The notes under the pieces are model-generated. The model saw only the letters and a list, made by a program, of their open reading frames with translations, searched no databases and had not been told where the DNA came from. Of a stretch of DNA of 30,509 bases, positions 19,857 to 30,509 are shown in pieces; the first letter of the stretch is position 1; each line of letters starts with the position of its first letter. The position numbers and the translations under genes were made by a program. This DNA is from Alloascoidea hylecoeti (taxonomy: Eukaryota), in the NCBI GenBank assembly GCA_001600815.1, contig BCKZ01000008.1, positions 806,001 through 836,509 of the forward strand, given 5' to 3'.

Positions 19857-21782
19857 TTACCATTTACGTCCTTGTTGTAACAATGTATTATAATCAATAC
19901 ATTGACACTCTTTTACAATCCGATTCCTACCATTAACAGGGACAGAACCAAATCCACCATTCCAACCGAATGGAGAAGGACCCCAAACAGGGAAATAGCA
20001 AAGTTCATTCCATTTACATTTCTTATCGCATTGATAAAACACAGACCAATCCAAAGCATTTAACACGTCTCTTATATATTTTGAATGATGTAAAATATCT
20101 TCATGAAATTCCTTTGTATTTAAAGAACCATCAACATATTTAGAAACCAAGATATCTTTTGAAAGTTGAAAGACTGAGAATATCTCATCAACTAAAAATT
20201 CAGTTACCTTAACAACTGAAGACCAAATTAATAACTCTGATTTTGTTTCAATTGGATATCTTGGATGTGAATATTCATAAATGCAAGCATCTTTTGCCTT
20301 CAAAATTTGCTCAGTTTTATCCTTAATATTATGATCACTAAACCTTCTCACAAAATTATATGTGAATGTAGAAATATTCTTTGCAGCTGTTATCACTGAA
20401 TCATCATAATCTACTGAATTAGCAATATTTTCTTCAAAGGAGGTGAAAGTACTATTTAAAATTGATAAAATTGGAGCAAATTTGTAAATCATTGAATCAG
20501 TAACACGACGCCAATCCGTACCAGCTGATGGATCAAAAGGACCTTTTCTTAAAGCAACTTCTAAATCAGATATCATATCTTCTTTAATGTCATTTGAAAT
20601 ATTAGAAATTCTTCTAAGATATGGATCTGGTAAAACAAATGTCCTATTTATTGCAGTTACCATTCTTCTAAAATCTAATTCAATTCTTGGATCTCCATCA
20701 TAACTCATACCACCTGCTCTTAAGTGATCATATTCAGTCATTACATGCCAGAGACTAAGTATATCAGCTCTTTCCTTTGTAATATTTTGAACTTGACTAT
20801 TACCTGTGCTGGTAATCAATGTATTCTGTGAATACTTATTACTTGGAATTAAACCGTTATCCTCATTATCATTATGGTGATCTGTATAAATGAATTCTAA
20901 CTCCTCTTGAGGAAATCCACCAAATTCAGTAGCATTAACAAACGTAATATTTGAAATTAATTCAAGTTTTTCACTTTTAAAATCACAAATTATAATCTCA
21001 AACCCAATTTCTAATCTAATTACACCATCTAATCCAAATGGTTTACCCCATTTGCATATTTCTCGTGCAGCTTCACGTTCATTAACATATGTCTTATTAG
21101 GATCACCTCGTGATAAAATTAATTGTGTATCCATTTCACCGGTTTTTGTTTTTGCTGCACTTGCACCATCTAAAAGAATTAATTTATCAAGATTTCTTTT
21201 GACTCTGAAAGTGAATAAAGCCGATTCTCCACCAAAGAAATCAAAGGGGGGCTTTTTATCTTTTGATGGTTTTCTATCATTCGTATGATCGTGAGGACCA
21301 TCACCTGGTGGTGGACCACCTGGACCACCTGGATGTGAGCCATTTGGATGTGGACCGGGACCCATTCCTCTTCTGAATCCACTTCTAAATGAATATGAGA
21401 ATTCAGCATCCATAGCAATCCATTCTGGTGAAGATGGAAACTCTAGACCACCTTTTGAATGGTATAATAAGGTTCCTTCTGGGATAAAAGCTGGGATAAT
21501 TGATACACCAACTGGATTCAAGTCACTGCCCTTTTGCTTTAAAGCATTATTAATCGTATTGAAGACCGATGTGGCATTCTCGAATGTGATCGGAGATAGA
21601 TGATCTCTGAAATTAGTTAATGTTATTTGCAGTTTATCTCGAGAGTGATGTTCATGTTTGCCATGTCTTGGGTTATGCCATGGGCCGAATTCAGTGTTTC
21701 GTAATACAGGCCACCAAAAATAAATAAGTATAACGATGATACTAGTAGCCACCGAAACCGATCCAGCAAGAGTCTGTCTCAT
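19857..21782 (-). CDS. Uncharacterised membrane-anchored protein of the S. cerevisiae YOR389W/YPL277C family
   Basis: N-terminal TM segment and motifs PVGVS..PA.IP.GTL.YH, EWIAMDAEFSYSF, a Gly/Pro-rich insert, LDGASAAKT..GEMDTQL and ICKWGKPFGLDG.IR.E.GFE...CDF, recognised from memory of Yor389w. Confidence 0.85.
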   Translation of the reverse strand: MRQTLAGSVSVATSIIVILIYFWWPVLRNTEFGPWHNPRHGKHEHHSRDKLQITLTNFRDHLSPITFENATSVFNTINNALKQKGSDLNPVGVSIIPAFIPEGTLLYHSKGGLEFPSSPEWIAMDAEFSYSFRSGFRRGMGPGPHPNGSHPGGPGGPPPGDGPHDHTNDRKPSKDKKPPFDFFGGESALFTFRVKRNLDKLILLDGASAAKTKTGEMDTQLILSRGDPNKTYVNEREAAREICKWGKPFGLDGVIRLEIGFEIIICDFKSEKLELISNITFVNATEFGGFPQEELEFIYTDHHNDNEDNGLIPSNKYSQNTLITSTGNSQVQNITKERADILSLWHVMTEYDHLRAGGMSYDGDPRIELDFRRMVTAINRTFVLPDPYLRRISNISNDIKEDMISDLEVALRKGPFDPSAGTDWRRVTDSMIYKFAPILSILNSTFTSFEENIANSVDYDDSVITAAKNISTFTYNFVRRFSDHNIKDKTEQILKAKDACIYEYSHPRYPIETKSELLIWSSVVKVTEFLVDEIFSVFQLSKDILVSKYVDGSLNTKEFHEDILHHSKYIRDVLNALDWSVFYQCDKKCKWNELCYFPVWGPSPFGWNGGFGSVPVNGRNRIVKECQCIDYNTLLQQGRKW

Positions 21783-22114
21783 TATCTAACTGGTAATTAC
21801 AGCTTACAAGCGCAGCTATTTGTAATCGGCGGAATATGAAATAGGTTTGAAAATCTAAGCCATGTCTCTTAGGGGCTGAGATATCGGGGTTAAGCCCAAT
21901 TAGACACGCACTGCACGTGACAGATAACAATGGAGGCTTAAACCCAAGGAAAAGCATTCAGAACTTCCGGAAAATACTAGTTTATATATATCTTTATTAC
22001 CGCCATAATAAAAACACAAAATTTAAAACATTTTTTAAAAATTTTCAAAATTTTTTATTGTCTATATAAAATATGCTTATATTTAATAAGATACAGGAGA
22101 ATGTGATAGTTTTT

Positions 22115-22535
22115 TTTTATCGATTTTAGAAGCCTTTGGTGTTGTTCAGCACGTAGGATACCTCGTAAACATGGAGGCATGTTCTCCGCATAATTCACCA
22201 TTTCCATGATTTAATCGATGTAACGTAAGAATATGTACAAACTTGTGAATTCCCCTCACATCTGGCTCAACTCTAGAAGATGATCCATCCAAGTTTCGAG
22301 TGAATTGAGTGATTTACGTGGCCTTAGCACATCTATGAAATAGTGCCGATAGGACTCAACCATATGCAGCAGATGAGCAGCCTTTTCCTCAGAAATTGAA
22401 TATTATTCCACAATATCGCTAACCAGTTCATATATTTTGTTTGTCAGCCTTTCCAATGAGATATTCCATGTGATAGATCGTATTTTCAATAGGTTGTGCT
22501 TTTCCTTCACGACACTTCTTAAAAACTTTATTTGG
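22115..22535 (-). pseudogene. Possible degenerate coding relic of unknown origin
   Basis: One frame reads about 140 helical-looking codons broken by only three stops (IKFLRSVVKEKHNLL...VE*YSISEEKAAHLLHMVESY...). GC is higher than in the flanks. Confidence 0.3.
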
Positions 22536-22620
22536 ATAGAATGGCAATCTTAGAGTTATAGTGAGAGGGCCACTCAAAATGAACAACACTTAGGAAAAAA
22601 AAAATTAACATCCTCACAGG

Positions 22621-22804
22621 AAACGTGACCCTCCACCAAAATCACTTTAAGTATATATTAAGTAAGACAGAAGGCAGATAAATGGCAAATATGAACAAAG
22701 CTGTTCTTTCGAATTAGATTTTGTACTTCTCTGTCAAATTATTTGTCCCTATTTCTTAACTATTAGTATGGCGAAATTTGGAGGCCGTGTACAGGGTCAC
22801 GTTT
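22621..22804. repeat. Perfect 12-bp inverted repeat pair AAACGTGACCCT / AGGGTCACGTTT enclosing 160 bp
   Basis: Arms at 22621-22632 and 22793-22804. Confidence 0.6.
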
Positions 22805-23399
22805 GCATTTAATCACCTGCATTACATGTAAAATAAACCATACTATATCTAGATGAGTGCATGCAAATGTATGCTGTGATATTTCCTCATGGCGTAGTAA
22901 GTACAGTTGCATGCACATTATCTAAAGAGCAGAATTTCGGGTGAACAGTTTGAGTGACGGGCACATAACTATATGTTGATTAGATAATGCTTATATAAGT
23001 AACGGAGTCTATAATGTTTGGTTATTGAAAATTAAGCTAAACCCACTCGGCCCGATATATTATAATATAATACGATACATACGTATTATAATTATGTTGT
23101 GTTTGAAAATTCTGCATCACATCAAATAATGAAATAAAAGCTTGAATTTTTCTCAGTATCGTGTGACGGTTTTATAGTGCTACCAGTATACGAATTATTT
23201 CTTGAAACAAATCATTTTTAGGTTCAACAACAACAATTTAAAATTAAGTCATTTGAATAAGGTGTTTAAATTCATTTTTTTTGTAGTAGTTAACATATAC
23301 TTACATCATAAATCCATTAACTTACTATAGCTAGGTAGCAATATTTTTTGATTCCGATATTCTTATAATTACATATAACTAATCCTTGGCAGTTTCAAA

Positions 23400-24211
23400 T
23401 CACATTATTATTCCTGAATTTGATTCCTCATGCACTACTCTCTTCACCATTCTTGCAAACTGGGATCTATTTTTTTCAAGTTCTGAATACTCGGTGGAAC
23501 TACACCTTTTTTCCTTTATTCTAAATCCATCGGCAATATCAACGTATGAATAATGATTTACTTCACGTCCGCAAACCTTCCCGAAATAAATATCTTGTAG
23601 AATGTAAATAACTGTATCTTTGGTGTCTGTGTTACTTCTTATTGTCATTTTCCTTTCATGTTCAATTACTGTTTGAAGCAGATCGAAAATATAACCGCAT
23701 CTTTTGCGAGCACTATCTTCATATAAAGTTCTTATACTGTGAGTAGGAGTGTGTTGAAGACTAACAATATACCATTTCTATAATTATATTTATAATAATG
23801 AGTTAGATAATTGCAATAAAAAGAAAAAAGAAAAAACTTACATACCTCTTCTTCGTGTGCAGAGTCTGGTTTTCCAGCAAATATACTGTTTTTAATTCCT
23901 GTATTTTGAGAGCACTGTTTACAATAATACTCAAATTTTCCATTTGAAGATGTTTTCAAAGATCTTAAATTAACTTTCTGTTTTGCCGTTAGATATAACC
24001 ACGATAAGTACTGCAGTTCTCCCCTTGTATTGCAAGAATCTCCGACTTGTAGCACCAAATGATTTAAACATCTTTGAAACCAAGATCTTGTGTTTTCATT
24101 CTGGTATCTCATTTGAGTTCCATATTCGAGAATAGTTTCGAGGTTATGAGGATTGTAAGGTCTTGGGATTGGTCCTGGATCGTTGATCAGTTGGGATATT
24201 TTGATGGACAT
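23400..24211 (-). CDS. Family member B: divergent 247-aa two-exon paralogue (24211-23846, 23777-23400)
   Basis: Phase-0 68-nt intron (GTATGT, CTAAC, TAG). RSWFQRCLNHLVLQVGDSCNTRGELQYLSWLYLT...YYCKQC...EEE|KWYIVSLQHTPTH...ILQDIYFG...YSYVD aligns motif by motif with member A. Confidence 0.8.
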
Positions 24212-24649
24212 AGTTAAGATATGAATTATGTGTCTTTTCTACGCTTTAGTTTTCAGTCCGAGGTGACCATTAATTATTGCAACCGTTATTAATGTATATC
24301 TGTTATTAGTAATGGCTATGAGTGGGCTCAAAAAAGAACATGGAAGTATATCTGCAGAAAAATAAAGAAAGACAAAAAGAAGCATCAATCACTTAAATAT
24401 ATAAATATGTATTGAATTACAGTTTCTCCCGTCAAATCATACCAATTTGGAAACATATATCGAGGCTAAACGGAGACAAGCTGACTGAAAAGTTTGTAAT
24501 ACAACCTGCATACAAGATTTTAATGACTTTGTATCAGTTACTCATGATCATAACGTAAGCTGCTGTTTATGGGTATTAAAAGGTATCATTCAAATTTCTT
24601 TTGGATATATAACCACAGCTCAATCAGTGCCCTTTAAACTATATTTGCT

Positions 24650-25418
24650 AGGTATACCCTGTCCTATATAGTAAAAGCACCGGAAGATTTAATTTTTTAT
24701 ACACTATGAAGGGAGATTTCCACAAGGACAAGTCGAGGAGTGTCTTAAACATATGTGGCATGAATTTGGCAGTATTACAACCAGGGACTAGCTGGAAGGT
24801 TGCATCATACATATATTTATTTATAGGCCTATATAAATACTTAAATGCAACCCTCACAACTTATGCAAAACAGTGGTTAAACATCTTAAAAACAGCGATG
24901 TCGGTCATTTCTAACCATTCAACTGAATTTTCTCTTTGATACTTTCTATATTTATAAACTTCTATAAAGTTTTATTTAATCTTGCCGATAATTTCAATTG
25001 GAAATACAACCCAATTTAATATCTTGATGTATACTTGCAATTGTAATGGGACGTCGGGCTTTCAAAAGTAATTATATTATTCCAAATTACAAAATATTGA
25101 AGCCACTTCCGGATCCTATGATGCCTTGGTATTATATTTACGTAATATTGTAATTTTTTCTTTAGTTTATTACTCATAAACTATATCTCTTCTGGAATAA
25201 ATAGCAGTGTAATTAAATTATTTACCCACTTACTCTTTACTTGTGTAGATATATATCACTCGCAACAAAATTGCCAGTGATGAGCTTGATATACCTTCAA
25301 ATTATATACAGGTGCCTGTCTTATATGTTTCAATGAACATTCCGGAAACGTGTCTACGTACAATCCAGATCTTATAGCAAGAAATATAATGCTACCATAT
25401 GGAAACCCCCGTAAATGA
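24650..25418 (+). pseudogene. Family member C: probable degenerate fourth paralogue, opposite strand
   Basis: HYEGRFPQGQVEECLKHMWHEFGSITTRD*LE (24702-24797) versus RYDHESPRTWIKHCLSHFKIKVG and CLNHLVLQVGDSCNTRGELQ. TATGCAAAACAGTGG resembles the YCKQC codons. YTGACLICFNEHSGNVSTYNPDLIARN (25305-25385) versus YTGCDIVSC..HSERCLSYVDSDFHVRN. Confidence 0.55.
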
Positions 25419-25690
25419 CTGTACATGTCGAATATGTATTGAACCAGTCAGGATGATGATGATCATAACTGAAATTCTATTAAATAGGTAATTATAGCAT
25501 ATATTTATAATATTCCTAACTTTTTTTTTTTAACCTATGCAGCAGCTTCTAGAAACGAAAATTGGGTGCGGCTGAAAATTTAAGTTTATAAATGATTTTA
25601 ATTATATAAACGTTAACTTAATTAGCCCTATTGTAACTAATTGGGATTTATTCACTTTTGGTTTATATATTATTATTAACTTAATATTAT

Positions 25691-26873
25691 ATTATGTTAA
25701 TATTATGCCAATGTTATCTATCTCTGTTGGTATATATGTTTATATTTAATCTAAATATTAATACAACTATTTATAAGAAAAAATTGCTGATTATATAATT
25801 TTATCTCGGTAAAAAGAAAGCGCCGAGCTCAATCCCTGTTGTATGCTATAGCTATAACTTACAAATATTATAAGATTTTAAAAAAATGCCAATTTATAAT
25901 AATATCCCCGTTAATATTGACATTAATATTAATACATTTGGTAACCAGTTATAAACTGTCCAAGTCTGCTATTTTTCTCTCCCACCTCATTAGAAAACCA
26001 TGATATTTAAAATAAGTCTCGTTATTAACCTTTTTATTTCGAACGTGAAAATCTGAGTCAACATAACTTAAACAACGCTCGGAGTTGTTAGAATCCGACC
26101 TTATACAGCTAACAATGTCACATCCTGTATAAGTATCTTGTAATATGTGAATTGATTCCTTTTTTGCCTTTTTATTAATATCTTCTTCACTTGCGTGTGA
26201 CCTTCCATGAATGCTCTCACGTATATGATTCTTACATATCCTCATTAACCGTTTCAAAAAAATATCATCACAACGTATTCTGGAGAACCCAGGATGATGA
26301 ATATAATATCTGTGACAACCTATAATTGCGTGCTCAAAATCAATTTTGGTTATCTCCCAATTACCATCTCTCTATTTATATTGAAAAAATGAAGATTGTT
26401 AGAAAAACATGTGTAATTTTTATGGTTAATATAAGAATAGTTGCCGAGATCTTCCAATCTCAATTGCAATATCAATCGAACTTACCATATTTATATCTGT
26501 CGGTTTCATTTCAAATAAAACTTCTCCGACATTGCATTCTTTACAGCAGTATCTTGTTTTCGAAGAATTCCTCCCAGGTGTATTTAGTACTTTAAAGTAA
26601 ACCCTGTGTTGAACAGTGAAATATAACCAACATGAGAATAACAAGTCATTTTTTGTACAGCAAAATGAACCAACTTTAATTTCAAAGTGAGAAAGACAAT
26701 GTCTGATCCAAGTTCGAGGAGATTCATGATCGTATCTATGATCAGAGAGATAGGATTCCAATGTGTATGGGTAAAGTTCCATCTTTGGTTAGCTATGGTA
26801 TATAAGTCTTGAGCTTTGAAGTTTGATGAAGAGATGGGAATCTATGAATATATATACACCTTTATAATGTATG
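25691..26873. repeat. 1.2 kb direct repeat, copy B (pairs with 17270-18461)
   Basis: Near-identical to copy A, as described there. Confidence 0.97.
25949..26782 (-). CDS. Family member A': 239-aa two-exon protein (26782-26486, 26371-25949), near-identical to member A
   Basis: Same intron and frame as 17528-18361, with six amino-acid differences (K/R, K/E, Y/N, W/D, H/N, V/A). Confidence 0.8.
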
Positions 26874-28514
26874 ATAATACATCGCTTTCCTTATTATAAA
26901 CTTCTCAAGGAAATACTTGTTTCAAACTTTCAATCGCTGTAGTATTCAGTATTGTTTTTAATTTAACGTTGAAATAACAACTATGACCAATATTCCCGTA
27001 AGCTTGCCCCGTATAATTTGATAGTTAGAATAACGATATTGACAGTCAATTCAATTCAATGAGACCATAATTGATTAATATAAAAATTAAATCAGGAATA
27101 GAGGTCGAGGCAATTAGATTTCATAGCATTATAATGCAATAAAATTCCTTTAAATGAACATTTATCCTTTGTGAGGTGTGACTTTTATGAAATATTATGG
27201 AGCTAAGACGTTAATACAACTTTTGTAAAAGCCAACTAAACATCCAATTCTATACATTTTTTATTCATTACATCACAATTGTCAATTCATTTAATTTTTC
27301 TCTTGCGGCATTACAACAACCGTTTGGTTTGTTATGATCCTGAAATGTAGACACAACCAAATTGGACTCAGCAATTTTAATTATCTTATTTATACTTAAT
27401 ATCTATTGATTGACTTAATATTTTTTCTCAGTTGGGTTAGCACAACTTCCCTATAGCTGACAACTTGACAGTATACGTAATTAGCTTACGTATCTCATTT
27501 ATTTCTTCTATTTTATATATTAATGTATAGGAATATTAATTCAGTATTATTATACCAATATGGAGTGTAGTACCTAAAATATATTTATATTTGTTTCGAA
27601 ACTTTTGATAGGTAGAAGCAAATTTAAATACATAGAATGCATTATTAAAATATACAGGTATAATAATTAATGGTATATATAATCAGAGTTTCATTTTTTG
27701 TTTGTAAATTGAGATTGAATCGATCGAGATATTTCTTAAATCTACAGTACATAATTATAGGCTGGTCCGATTGCAATTGAAATTGGATCTATAAATACGT
27801 GATATCATTTAAAACAGCTACATAGATGACACATATCGTTATCTAGTTATAGCGTTCTAACGTTTAAGTTTGGAAATAGGACTCAATTAATATAACTGAC
27901 GAAGAGTGAACGGATCACATAGTTTTTTACAGAAATATGGCTAGTTGTATGCATATTAATTTTATGAATATCACAATTGTATCATAGTATAGTTATGAAA
28001 TAAAACTGCTCCCTCTTTTCATGATCAAAAGTACTATGTTTTATAAAAAACATTATAATTCAATTACATAAATTAGGATGATCATGGTTAGAATTATTAT
28101 TGTTATACATCAATATTTTTTAAATTCTATAACTATATCCATATTCAGCAACCTATTTAGTTTCATAACATCAACGTAGAATATATGAACATATATCCAA
28201 CTACAAATTGATTACGGTAGATAATATTAATTAACTGATATTTCATTAAATAAGATTAATCACAAACTTAATATATGAAGGAGGTTATCTTAAGCTTGCT
28301 ATATTAACAGCTGCAACATTTAAGGTTTGTTAACAAAGAAGAAACTTAACAATAAAGTAAATACCTATCAATATTGTATAATTGAGACCATGTTCTACAA
28401 ATACAGTACTTCATATAATACTTGTTTTACATGATACATGAATTATACATATGTAAACAATTAAACATTCCACCCTTCTCGTAGAAAGCACAATTTGAAT
28501 TATTAACAAGCTGG

Positions 28515-30509
28515 ATGGAAATACAACAAGCTAAATCTATTTCACCTGTTAATACCACTCGTGGACCACCAAAATCTTCCCTCACCCCCAGAGACAAATC
28601 CAATATAACGCGAAAATCTGTCTCTTTTGCTGCGGATGCCTCTTCTCTCATGTCTTCCAACGACCTTTTAGATACAGAGCCTAGAGATCATCCCGACGTC
28701 GCGAAAATAACAGATAGGGCTACGCGATCTGCAACAAAACATTATTCCCTGTCAAATAATCTTTATACTATTAATCAACTAGTGAATAGATCTGAAGAAT
28801 CTTTTAAAAAGGTAAGTGGCAAGATTCATATATGTTTCAACCCGTTTGAGGTAATTAAAACTACTCCTGACTGACCGAACCCCGTTATATTCTTGTATTT
28901 CTATTATTAATACTTCTCAGTATCGTAAACTATTTGAAAAAGGTGATTATGCGACTGCTTTATATGATTATATTTTTGGAACGACAATATCAACAGAAAT
29001 CATCACTCGTCATAAAGATTACTACACATTTTGTACAGCTAATAAAGAAGATAGTAGATCAATCAAAAATTTACGGTCGGTAAGTACTATCATGTCAATT
29101 ATTAATATATAACTACTACCCATTAACAATTATAGAACTACAAATCTGAAATAAGGAATGGAAATATCGATTTATGTATGCTTCAAATTGCATTGAAAGA
29201 TTCAATACATAGTCATAGCGACCATTTACAACCTGAATCATCAACTAGTAGACGCGACCCCTCATCTGATAGACGCGAACCTTCAACTTCTCGACCAAAA
29301 TCTAGACACGATGATAGGAGAAGAGATCACTCACAACCAAAGCACAGTCCTAATACCAGTACTAGTAGTAGGCGACCCGAAAGAATACCCGAAGAGGCAA
29401 GTCATAAGCCTAGCAATAATCGTATTGGGCCCAGAGTATCATCTAGAAGCAGAAATCCCAAAGATGGTAAATCAAAAGAATCTACTAACCCAAGGTCAAA
29501 TACAATGGAAGAGTTCCTTGCTGAGGTTGAGAAGGATATTAAAGGTAAGTACGCTTCTAACAAAGATAAACCCCCAGTAGAAAGGATAAGTGAAAAGCCC
29601 CGTCCAGTTAAAAAAATGAGCAAATCTAGTTTACGAAGTCAAGAGAGTAAGCATGGAAAGGAGAAATCAAGGCCTCCAAGTAGGTCAAAGTCAAGGCCAT
29701 CAAGTAGATCAAAATCACATCAAAGACCACCATCAAGACAAGAGAAGAAACTAGAGCCTAAGCCAATAGCCCTTCCGTCACCAATGGAAAATGATGAAAT
29801 TAGCGAATCTGATGAAAGTGATATATTTCATACTACTACTGATCTCCCAGCAACACTTCAAAGACATCTGCAATTTCCTGATATTGTCCCGAATTCGAAT
29901 TCGAATTCGAATCCAAAAGAAAAAAATAAAAAGGAATTAAAGGATAATGGTAAGAATTTCTCACCCCAATCATCCATAAGAAAGAAGGATCCAGGTCCAA
30001 TATACAGTGCTCCCAATAAGAAAATTAATGACGAAAATCCAAGGAAAAAAAATTCATCACCACATCCATCAAAAGATGTTCTCATCAAGTTAGATGAATC
30101 AATAACTGAACATCTAAGGAAGAGTGTTGATTCTAAACTGAAGACTCCAAAAGAAAAGACAAAAGCAGTTGATGCTCCTAAAAAGATAGATTCACCTCCA
30201 GTAAAGGACCCTAAACAAGAAAGTAACAAGGATAGAAAGATCCCTGAAAAAGAAGGTAAGCCAGATATTTTAGAAAAACCTCCTAAAAGTAATAAAACGG
30301 AACTACCCAAGGTGGAGCCCATCATTTCTAAAACACCAATAAAGTCTGAACCTAATCAAGAGAAACCTTTAGCTAAAGTTACTTCTAAAATTTCGAATGA
30401 CGACAAACAACCAAATAAGGAAGAGACTCCAAAGGAGGAATCGAAGATTACTGAAGAGCCTATTTTGAAAGAAACCCCTAAGACTGCTGTTAAACAGGAA
30501 GAAGAAAAG
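28515..30509 (+). CDS. 5' part of a multi-exon gene (28515-28811, 28921-29079, 29136->30509); possible USP8-dimerisation/MIT-like N-terminal domain followed by a long Lys/Pro/Ser/Glu-rich disordered region
   Basis: GTAAGT donors at 28812 and 29080 and CAG/TAG acceptors at 28920 and 29135, both introns phase 0. Exon 3 is open for 458 codons to the window end. The start codon is uncertain, as an upstream exon is possible. Confidence 0.75.

Noticed and set aside
26900..28400. 1.5 kb AT-rich gap searched for further paralogues or RNA genes
   Set aside because: No convincing ORF, repeat or structured RNA found by eye. A 13-bp match to the Tc1 relic (AACTTTTGTAAAA) is likely chance.

Overview
AT-rich budding-yeast (Saccharomycotina-like) nuclear DNA with short GTAAGT/GTATGT...(C/T)TAAC...AG introns; CUG appears to be read as Leu. 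The left half (1-14.2 kb) is a housekeeping block: a partial CDS, a small spliced orphan, tRNA-Pro(TGG), AVT3, a tail-anchored orphan, a Tc1-type relic, a 4-exon CCDC130/Saf4-type splicing factor, RPT1, RPC25 and SDH1. AVT3, RPT1, RPC25 and SDH1 are also neighbours in S. cerevisiae. The right half (14.2-28.4 kb) is a gene-poor accessory region with DNA-transposon debris, an F-box/WD40 pseudogene and a YOR389W/YPL277C-family gene. It also holds the most interesting element: a cluster of four paralogues (three intact, one pseudogene) of a small intron-containing gene that the ORF track splits or misses. Its N-terminal half resembles the Mutator/FAR1 (WRKY-GCM1) zinc DNA-binding domain, with no transposase catalytic domain. 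Two copies lie in a ~99% identical 1.2 kb direct repeat. The window ends inside a multi-exon gene with a possible USP8-dimerisation-like domain. All family assignments come from motif recognition by eye, not database searches.
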